In this document: in pieces, positions 1 to 6,635 of the stretch | Position numbering within the stretch: the stretch's first letter is position 1 | Layout: the number at the start of each line of letters is the position of its first letter | DNA from: Oscillospiraceae bacterium | GTDB lineage: Bacteria > Bacillota > Clostridia > Oscillospirales > Oscillospiraceae | Assembly: GCA_902787755.1 (NCBI GenBank) | Contig: CADAHL010000005.1 | Coordinates: 19,524-83,523 of the forward strand | DNA length: 64,000 bases | Direction of reading: 5' to 3' | Notes under the pieces: generated by a model | What the model was told of the DNA's origin: nothing | The model's database searches: none | What the model saw: the letters and a program-made list of their open reading frames with translations, nothing else | Position numbers and translations under genes: made by a program

Positions 1-485
1 TCCAGCGGGATGGCGCAGACCTCCGCCAGGATTGCCTGGATCACCGAGGCATGGGCCGCCACGGCAATATCGCCTTCGCTGTTCTGCAGACAGCTCTCCA
101 GCGCCGGCATCACCCGCCGCCGCACCTGTTCCAGGGTTTCGGCGCCGGGAGGGACCAGCAGCGGCTCGGAGGACCGCCGGGCGTAGAGCTCCGGCCAGCC
201 CTCCCGGATCCGGGTAAAGTCCAGCCCGTCCCAGGGACCCATGTCCTGCTCGGCCAGGGCGTCCACCGTCACGAGGGGCAGCCCCAGCGGGGCGGCGGTC
301 TGGCGGCAGCGGGTCAGGGGGCTGGAAAACACCGTCCTCAGCCCGGCACCGGACAGGGCCCGGCCCAGCAGGCAGGCCTGCATCCGTCCCAGAGGCCCCA
401 GGGGGGTGTCGGTCCGGCCCAGGCACATGTGGGTGCCCAGCGGGAAATCCGGGTGGGCATGGCGGATCAGATAGAGTTTACGCAT
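1..485 (-). CDS. Histidine phosphatase (phosphoglycerate mutase/CobC-like) family protein, C-terminus runs off the window
   Basis: Not in the ORF track because it is open at the window edge. The reverse complement from ATG 485..483 reads MRKLYLIRHAHPDFPLGTHMCLGRTDTPLGPLGRMQACLLGRALSGAGLRTVFSSPLTRCRQTA. The RHA..G start motif and the S-P-L-x-R-C-x-Q-T motif are typical of the family. Its start overlaps the upstream stop (TGATG). Confidence 0.6.
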   Translation of the reverse strand, partial: MRKLYLIRHAHPDFPLGTHMCLGRTDTPLGPLGRMQACLLGRALSGAGLRTVFSSPLTRCRQTAAPLGLPLVTVDALAEQDMGPWDGLDFTRIREGWPELYARRSSEPLLVPPGAETLEQVRRRVMPALESCLQNSEGDIAVAAHASVIQAILAEVCAIPL

Positions 486-1408
486 CAGAACAGTCCTTCA
501 AAATACTCTGGATAGAGGCGGGCGGCTTCCTCCCGCAGAGCGGCGCTGTAGGCCTCGTACCGGGCCAGCAGACGCTCGCCGTCCTCGGTCAGCTGACTTT
601 TTCCGCCGCCGGCGCCGCCCTGGCTGCGCCGGACCAGCGTCCGGTTCAGCTGGGACTCCAGGGTGCGGATCACGTTCCAGCCGCTGGAATAGCTCATCTG
701 CATGCGCTTGCAGGCGGTGCGGACCGAGGTGGTCTCCTCCACCAGCCGCAGCAGCATGGCGGTCCGGGCGTCGAAGAAGACCTTCTCCCGGGACAGGGAG
801 ATGCTGAGCACCGGGCGCACCAGATGTTCGTTGTGATAGGCCAGCAGGGCCCGGTAGTCCTCCGGGGTGTCCGCATCATGCAGAATCCCCCGATCCTCCA
901 CCGGGATCCGGCTCATTTCCACCCCGCAGCGCTCCAGCGCGCCGCGCAGCCCGTCCCGGCCGTCGTCGGCCAGAATCCCATCGATCAGCTCGCTTGCGAT
1001 CAGGGTCGGGTGCCCGGACACGCCCCCGCAGACGGGGCAGGCCAGCTTCGCGGAGCTGTCCAGCAGCGCCTGCACGGTGGCGGCGGTAAACAGCGGGATA
1101 TCCACCGGCGTGAAGATCACCCGGTCGCATTTGTCCCGCAGATAGCTCAGACCGATCCGGGCCGAGTCGAACATCTGGGTGGTCTCGTAATTTTCGTTGC
1201 GCAGGAAAACGATCCCGTTGCCGGCCAGGTGCCGCTCCAGGGTGGTGGCGTTGTAACCCGTGACCATCACGATCCGGTCGATCCCCGCCTGCTGGAAGGT
1301 GGCCACCACCCGCTGGGCGATGGAGATGGAGCCGATGTTGAGCATGGGCTTGAAGTCTCCCATCCGGGAAGACATTCCCGCCGCCACGATCAGCGCGCCG
1401 GTGGTCAT
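485..1408 (-). CDS. MobA/MocA-type molybdenum cofactor nucleotidyltransferase fused to a C-terminal ModE-N/LysR-like winged HTH
   Basis: ORF 485..1618 trimmed to ATG 1408 (MTTGALIVAAGMSSRMGDFKPML). GGGAGG lies about 7 nt upstream, and an ATGA overlap joins it to the gene at 1405..2163. The AAGxSxRMG motif marks the NTP transferase. The C-terminal part (SVRTACKRMQMSYSSGWNVIRTLESQLN..GGAGGGKSQLTEDGERLL) resembles the ModE N-terminal HTH. Confidence 0.85.
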   Translation of the reverse strand: MTTGALIVAAGMSSRMGDFKPMLNIGSISIAQRVVATFQQAGIDRIVMVTGYNATTLERHLAGNGIVFLRNENYETTQMFDSARIGLSYLRDKCDRVIFTPVDIPLFTAATVQALLDSSAKLACPVCGGVSGHPTLIASELIDGILADDGRDGLRGALERCGVEMSRIPVEDRGILHDADTPEDYRALLAYHNEHLVRPVLSISLSREKVFFDARTAMLLRLVEETTSVRTACKRMQMSYSSGWNVIRTLESQLNRTLVRRSQGGAGGGKSQLTEDGERLLARYEAYSAALREEAARLYPEYFEGLF

Positions 1409-2163
1409 GGCTCCGCCTCCCTTCCCTTCACCGGAAAGAACGGGCAGCCGCGCCCGATGCACTCCCGGTTTTGACCCATATAGGTACAGCGGACCTCCGC
1501 CTCCGGCATGTCCACGCCAAAGAGCTCCGCGGTGAACAAAACCGCCTCGTGGATGCACAGGCGGCTGCTGCGCTTGCAGCAGCGGGGGCCGCCCACCTGG
1601 GCGATCCGGTTCAGGCATCGGGCCACCAGACGCTGAGGGATAGGCCAGGCATTCTCGTTGACCGGGTCAGAGCCGGTGAGCACGCTCATATAGATCCCCG
1701 CCCCGGCGGCTGCGCCGCAGACGCCCCAGTAGCCGCAAGCGCCCCCGGGCACCTGGCGGCCGCGCTTCAGCGCCGCGGACAGATCCTCCTTCAGATCGTT
1801 GCCGCCCCCGCAGTTGTGGAAGGCGGTGAGCAGCACGCAGGGTACGATGGCGTGGTGCTCCGGCCCGTGCATGTGGACCTGGGGCAGGGCCATCACCTGT
1901 TCCAGCAGCGTCTGGGGGCATTTCTCGCCGCTCTGCAGCAAGAAGGGGATGAAAAAGGCGTCCAGGCCCGCGCTGTGGCAGGCGTCGCAGACAAAGTGCC
2001 CGTCCTCGCAGGCGCAGGAGGAGAGCTTCTCCTCCCCGCAGACCGCGCAGCGCCGCGGCCTGGCCGTTTTCTCATAGCGCAGGGGCTTTCCGCAGAGCAT
2101 GCAGCCGCTGGATTTTCCCACAAAGGGCTGGACCTTTTCGCCTTCACAACAACATTCCGCCAA
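1405..2163 (-). CDS. Cys-rich protein with an N-terminal double-CxxC zinc ribbon and a C-terminal HGPEHH / CGYWGVCGAAAGAG domain (DUF5714-like, from memory)
   Basis: 252 aa ORF with good GC3 bias. Motifs seen: CMLCG..CAVCG..CACEDGHFVCDACH, HMHGPEHH and GACGYWGVCGAAAGAG. It is translationally coupled to the MocA-like gene. Confidence 0.7.
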   Translation of the reverse strand: MAECCCEGEKVQPFVGKSSGCMLCGKPLRYEKTARPRRCAVCGEEKLSSCACEDGHFVCDACHSAGLDAFFIPFLLQSGEKCPQTLLEQVMALPQVHMHGPEHHAIVPCVLLTAFHNCGGGNDLKEDLSAALKRGRQVPGGACGYWGVCGAAAGAGIYMSVLTGSDPVNENAWPIPQRLVARCLNRIAQVGGPRCCKRSSRLCIHEAVLFTAELFGVDMPEAEVRCTYMGQNRECIGRGCPFFPVKGREAEP

Positions 2164-2364
2164 CGTTTGTCACCGGCCTTTCTGTATCATGATCGTCCCA
2201 TGGCAAAATCAATCGAGGCTTCTTCCGAGCGTTCGCGCGGGGATCATTGTTACTATGGAACCAGTATAGCGGATTTGTTTTTGTTTGTAAATCGGAAAAG
2301 GCGTGATTTTGCGTGACCTTTGGGCGGGAGTATGGTAGGATAAAGAAAAAAGGAGGGGCGAGGC

Positions 2365-3318
2365 ATGGAGGTCTATGTCTGGGGCACCGGCTGCGGCGCC
2401 GGGGATCTGATGGATCAGGCGCTGCCGGCGAAAAAGGTGGCGGCTTTCGTGGACAGTCGGCCGGTGGGGGAGCTTTTTCTGGGCAGACCGGTGATCCCGC
2501 CGGAGGAGCTGGCCCGGCGGGACTATGACCTGGTGATCGTCACCAGCCGGCAGGCGGAGGAGATCGCCGAGCGCTGTCAGACGCTGGGGATCGCCCCGGA
2601 AAAGCTGCTGTTTTTGAAAAACCACGCGATACTGCAGGATCGGAACCGCAGCTACGCCCTGGCGGAAGAAGCCCTGGGCGCGCTGTTTGTCGAGAAGCTG
2701 CGGCAGTCCCAGCGGCTGATCCGCGCGCCGCGCTGGTCTGAGGCGGAGCGCCTCCCGCCCGCAGAGCTGGACAACGATTATGTCAGGCTGAAGAGCCTGG
2801 AGGCGATCTGCCGAAGGCTGGGACCGGTGCCGGGCGCCGCGGCGGAGCTGGGCGTGTACCGGGGGAGCTTTGCCGCCTGCATCAACGCCCTTCTGCCGGA
2901 CCGGCGGCTCTATCTGTTCGATACTTTCCGGGGCTTCGATCCGAAAGAGGCGGAGGCTTACGGCCGGGGCTTTGTGGACGCCCACCGGAACACAACGGAA
3001 GACCGGGTCCGGGCAAGGCTGCCCCATCCGGAAAAGGCGGTATTCCGACCGGGCCTGTTCCCGGACAGCGCGGCGGGCCTGGAGGAGCGCTTTGCGCTGG
3101 TGTCCCTGGACGTGGATCTGGAGGAGAGCAGCTATCAGGGGCTGCACTGGTTTCTGCCCCGCCTGAATCCGGGGGGCTTTCTGCTGCTGCACGACTACGG
3201 CAATCCGGATCTGCCGGGGGTCAGAGCGGCGCTAGCGCGCTATGAGCGGGAGGCCGGCCTCCGGCTGCCCGCCGTCCCCCTGTGTGACGTGAACGGGACT
3301 CTGGTGATCTGCGGATAG
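2365..3318 (+). CDS. TylF/MycF-like class I SAM-dependent O-methyltransferase with an N-terminal Rossmann-like extension
   Basis: 317 aa with AGGAGGGG upstream of the ATG. The C-terminal half (ELGVYRGSFAACINALLPDRRLYLFDTFRGF...VSLDVDLEESSYQGLHWFLPRLNPGGFLLLHDY) matches macrocin-O-methyltransferase-type proteins. Confidence 0.8.
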   Translation: MEVYVWGTGCGAGDLMDQALPAKKVAAFVDSRPVGELFLGRPVIPPEELARRDYDLVIVTSRQAEEIAERCQTLGIAPEKLLFLKNHAILQDRNRSYALAEEALGALFVEKLRQSQRLIRAPRWSEAERLPPAELDNDYVRLKSLEAICRRLGPVPGAAAELGVYRGSFAACINALLPDRRLYLFDTFRGFDPKEAEAYGRGFVDAHRNTTEDRVRARLPHPEKAVFRPGLFPDSAAGLEERFALVSLDVDLEESSYQGLHWFLPRLNPGGFLLLHDYGNPDLPGVRAALARYEREAGLRLPAVPLCDVNGTLVICG

Positions 3319-3360
3319 GGCGCAGGTTAAACGCTTTTAATTATCAAAAGTATCCAAAAA

Positions 3361-3391
3361 GCAGTTCGCAGATTCTGCGAATTGCTTTTTG
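3361..3391. terminator. Rho-independent terminator after the TylF-like methyltransferase gene
   Basis: GCAGTTCGCAG-ATT-CTGCGAATTGC forms an 11 bp stem with one G-U pair. It is flanked by AAAAA and TTTTTG and lies inside an AT-rich island. Confidence 0.75.
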
Positions 3392-3398
3392 TTATAAG

Positions 3399-3428
3399 TT
3401 GAAACTTCCAATTCTTGAAGCGTAAAAT
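3399..3428 (+). promoter_or_regulatory. Candidate sigma-A promoter of the mop operon
   Basis: TTGAAA (3399-3404), an 18 nt spacer, then TAAAAT (3423-3428). It lies in the only AT-rich stretch upstream of 3478. Confidence 0.4.
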
Positions 3429-3477
3429 TGAATTGTAAAAGGGGCACTATCGCCTCCGGCACTGGGAGGAAGACAAA

Positions 3478-3735
3478 ATGGATGAGGAACTGTTTGAGAT
3501 CGTGGCGGACAGCATCACCGTGGAGGTGACCGACCGGAACACCGGGAAGGTCTTTCGCCGGGAGCTGCCCATCGACTTCTATGAGAACGCCAATTTTCTG
3601 CGCCTGAGCGGCGAAAATATGGACGGCAGCGTCTCCCAGCTGGTGTTCTACACCCCCCGGGGGATCGAGCGGGTGAAGGATATCACCGGCAAGGGCCCGG
3701 ACCACGACCGCTGCGGCGGCCACGGACATTCCTGA
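3478..3735 (+). CDS. Small hypothetical protein (85 aa) with a C-terminal CGGHGHS; first gene of the mop operon
   Basis: GGGAGGAAG lies 8 nt upstream of the ATG. Third-position GC bias is strong. I recognise no family. Confidence 0.55.
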   Translation: MDEELFEIVADSITVEVTDRNTGKVFRRELPIDFYENANFLRLSGENMDGSVSQLVFYTPRGIERVKDITGKGPDHDRCGGHGHS

Positions 3736-3791
3736 GCGCAAACCCAAACGAGGGTCGTAACATACACGAATATATAAGAGGAGGAAAAAAC

Positions 3792-6551
3792 ATGATCAAA
3801 AAGACACTTGTGATCAACGGTGTCAGCCGGAACCTGGTCCTGGACAAGGACGAGACCCTGGCCAAGGTCCTGCGTGAGCATCTGCTGCTGACCGGCTGCA
3901 AGATCGGATGCGGCGAGGGCCACTGCGGCGCCTGCAACGTCATCATGAACGGCAAGGTCACCAAGTCCTGCATCGTGAAGATGAGCAGAGTTCCCGACAA
4001 TGCCGAGATCACCACCATCGAGGGCGTGGGCACCCTCAGCGATATGCATCCCCTGCAGGTGGCCTGGATGGCCCACGGCTGCGCCCAGTGCGGCTTCTGC
4101 ACCCCGGGCTTCATCATCAGCGCCAAGGTCCTGCTGGAGAACAATCCCAATCCCACCCGGGAAGAGGTCCGCGACTGGTTCAACAAGCAGCGCAACCTGT
4201 GCCGCTGCACCGGCTACAAGCCGCTGATCGACGCGGTGATGGACGCCGCCGCGGTGCTGCGGGGTGAGATGACCAAGGAGGACCTGGTCTTCAAGCCCAC
4301 CGGTGACAGCATCAAGGGCACCAAGTACATCCGTCCCTCCGCCGCCCAGAAGGTCACCGGCACCTGGGACTTCGGCGCCGACGACGCGCTGAAGATGCCC
4401 GGCTGCCTGCGCCTGGCCCTGACCCAGGCCAAGGTCTCCCATGCCAACATCAAGTCCATCGACACCTCCGAGGCCGAGAAGATGCCCGGCGTGGTGAAGG
4501 TCATCACCTACAAGGACATCCTGGCCGCCGGCGGCACCAACCAGATCAACGGTCTGGTCATGCTGCCCAAGCACAACAAGACCGACGGCTTTGAGCGCCC
4601 GGTCCTGTGCTCCGACAAGATCTTCCAGTTCGGCGACGCCATCGCCATCGTGGCCGCCGACACCGAGGAGCATGCCCGGGCCGCCGCCGACGCGGTGAAG
4701 GTGGAGATCGAGGAGCTGCCCGCCTACATGAGCGCCCTGGACGCCATGGCCCCCGACGCCATCGAGATCCATCCCGGCATCCCCAACGTGTTCTATGAGA
4801 CCAACTGCATCAAGGGACCCGACTTCGACTGGGATTCCATCCCCGACGAGCAGCAGGTGGAGATCGAGAGCTACTGTTCCCGTCAGCCCCACCTGCATCT
4901 GGAGCCCGACTGCGGCTACGGCTACATCGATGAGGACGGCATGGTCACCGTGCATTCCAAGTCCATCGGCATCCATCTGCACATGCCCATGATCGCCGCC
5001 GGTATCGGCGTGCCCATGGAGAAGCTGCGCCTGGTCCAGAACCACGCCGGCGGCACCTTCGGCTACAAGTTCTCTCCCACCAACGAGGCCCTCATCGGCG
5101 CCGCCGTCAAGATCCTGGGCGTGCCGGTGTCTCTGAACTTCACCCAGTTCCAGAATATCACCTACACCGGCAAGCGTTCTCCCGCCTTCATGCACATCCG
5201 CCTGGCTGCGGACAAGGACGGCAAGCTGCTGGCCATGTGGGGCGACAACTATGTGGACCACGGCCCGTACTCTGAGTTCGGCGATCTGCTGACCATGCGT
5301 CTGAGCCAGTTCACCGGCGCCGGCTACGGCATCCCCTCCATCCGCAACAAGAGCCAGACGGTGTTCACCAACCACGCCTGGGGCTCCGCCTTCCGGGCCT
5401 ACGGCTCTCCCCAGTCCTTCATGGGCTCCGAGATCGCCATCGACTGCCTGGCCGCCAAGATGGGCATCGATCCCTTTGAGATGCGCGCCCGCAACTGCTA
5501 CAAGGCCGCCGAGCATACCACCATCCCCACCGGCTACGAACCCGACGTGTACTGCGAGGAAGCCCTGTTCGAGAAGGCCCGTCCGCTGTACGAGGCCGGC
5601 AAGAAGAGAGTGGCCGAGAAGAACGCCGCCTCCGACGGCCGCTTCAAGTATGGCATCGGCGTGTCCCTGGGCGTTTACGGCTGCGGCCTGGACGGTGTTG
5701 ACGCCTCCTCCGCCAAGGCCGAGCTGAATCCCGACGGCACCGTTACCATCTACGTCTCCTGGGAGGATCACGGACAGGGCGCCGACATGGGCGCGCTGGT
5801 CTCCGCCCATGAGACCCTGCGCCAGGCCGGCATCAAGCCCGAGCAGATCCGCCTGGTGATGAACGACACCAAGTACACGCCCAACTCCGGTCCTGCCGGC
5901 GGTTCCCGCAGCCAGGTCATGAGCGGCAACGCCTGCCGCCTGGCAGCCGAGGCTCTGGTGGCCGAGATGAAGAAGGACGACGGGACCTTCCGCACCTACG
6001 AGGAAATGGTCGCCGACGGCAAGAAGCTGCTGGTGGAGGGCAACTGGGTCACCACCTACTGCGCCGATCACCCGGTGGATCAGGACACGGCTCAGGGCGA
6101 GCCCTTTGCCACCTATATGTACACCATCTTCCTGCCCGAGGTCTGCGTGGACACCAAGACCGGCAAGGTGAAGGTGGAGAAGTTCACCTGCGTGGCCGAC
6201 GTGGGCACCATCATGAACAAGCTGCTGGTGGACGGCAACTTCTACGGCGGCCTGGTCCAGGGCATCGGCCTGGCCCTCACCGAGGACTTCGAGGATCTGA
6301 GCAAGCACACCAGCCTGATGCGCTGCGGCATCCTCTATCCCAACGACGTTCCCGATGACATCGAGCTGCACTTCAACGAGACCTACCGTCCCAACGGCCC
6401 CTACGGCGCCGCCGGCTGCGGCGAGGCCCCGCTGGATGCGCCGCACCCGGCTATCCTGAACGCCATCTACAACGCCACCGGCGCCCGCATCACCCGCATC
6501 CCGGCCCGTCCGGAGCGCGTGCTGGAGGCCCTGAAGGCTCTGGAGAAATAA
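3792..6551 (+). CDS. mop: Molybdopterin-dependent aldehyde oxidoreductase, MOP type (two [2Fe-2S] domains fused to the MoCo subunit, no FAD domain)
   Basis: 919 aa with AGGAGG upstream. The protein is collinear with my memory of Desulfovibrio gigas MOP (907 aa). Matching segments include CGEGHCGACNV, TIEGVG, CAQCGFCTPGFI, CRCTGYKPLIDAV, AKVSHANIKSIDTSEA, GGTFGYKF, YSEFGDLLT, WEDHGQGAD and PNSGPAGGSR. Confidence 0.92.
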   Translation: MIKKTLVINGVSRNLVLDKDETLAKVLREHLLLTGCKIGCGEGHCGACNVIMNGKVTKSCIVKMSRVPDNAEITTIEGVGTLSDMHPLQVAWMAHGCAQCGFCTPGFIISAKVLLENNPNPTREEVRDWFNKQRNLCRCTGYKPLIDAVMDAAAVLRGEMTKEDLVFKPTGDSIKGTKYIRPSAAQKVTGTWDFGADDALKMPGCLRLALTQAKVSHANIKSIDTSEAEKMPGVVKVITYKDILAAGGTNQINGLVMLPKHNKTDGFERPVLCSDKIFQFGDAIAIVAADTEEHARAAADAVKVEIEELPAYMSALDAMAPDAIEIHPGIPNVFYETNCIKGPDFDWDSIPDEQQVEIESYCSRQPHLHLEPDCGYGYIDEDGMVTVHSKSIGIHLHMPMIAAGIGVPMEKLRLVQNHAGGTFGYKFSPTNEALIGAAVKILGVPVSLNFTQFQNITYTGKRSPAFMHIRLAADKDGKLLAMWGDNYVDHGPYSEFGDLLTMRLSQFTGAGYGIPSIRNKSQTVFTNHAWGSAFRAYGSPQSFMGSEIAIDCLAAKMGIDPFEMRARNCYKAAEHTTIPTGYEPDVYCEEALFEKARPLYEAGKKRVAEKNAASDGRFKYGIGVSLGVYGCGLDGVDASSAKAELNPDGTVTIYVSWEDHGQGADMGALVSAHETLRQAGIKPEQIRLVMNDTKYTPNSGPAGGSRSQVMSGNACRLAAEALVAEMKKDDGTFRTYEEMVADGKKLLVEGNWVTTYCADHPVDQDTAQGEPFATYMYTIFLPEVCVDTKTGKVKVEKFTCVADVGTIMNKLLVDGNFYGGLVQGIGLALTEDFEDLSKHTSLMRCGILYPNDVPDDIELHFNETYRPNGPYGAAGCGEAPLDAPHPAILNAIYNATGARITRIPARPERVLEALKALEK

Positions 6552-6584
6552 GTCCTTTCAAAGTATTTGCACCAATGGTATAAT

Positions 6585-6618
6585 GGGGATGCGGCTGATG
6601 CCGCATCCCCAGTTTTTC
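6585..6618 (+). terminator. Intra-operon terminator-like hairpin between mop and the Fe-S gene
   Basis: GGGGATGCGGC-TGAT-GCCGCATCCCC forms an 11 bp perfect stem followed by AGTTTTTC. It lies 34 nt after the mop stop. Confidence 0.6.
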
Positions 6619-6635
6619 AAACGGGAGGGAGGAAC

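Noticed and set aside
3392-3477. Moco riboswitch upstream of the mop operon
   Set aside because: Only about 85 nt of AT-rich leader is available, which is far too short for the Moco motif of about 130-150 nt. I could not find its conserved stems. Only a weak 5 bp CCTCC/GGAGG pairing is present.
3648-6446. 932 aa ORF on the minus strand. Similar very long antisense ORFs occur at 6558-8900, 10047-11420, 27064-28854, 29017-30429, 33798-35714, 36050-37642, 44654-46057, 46012-47193, 47271-48491, 49837-51369, 53026-55065, 58882-59508 and 61439-63763.
   Set aside because: Each lies antisense to a gene with an unmistakable family signature (mop, dnaK, ABC transporter and others). Their translations are low-complexity and rich in G, A, V, L, H, D, Q and R. 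They lack SD sequences. They are the expected stop-codon-poor shadow frames of a GC-rich genome.
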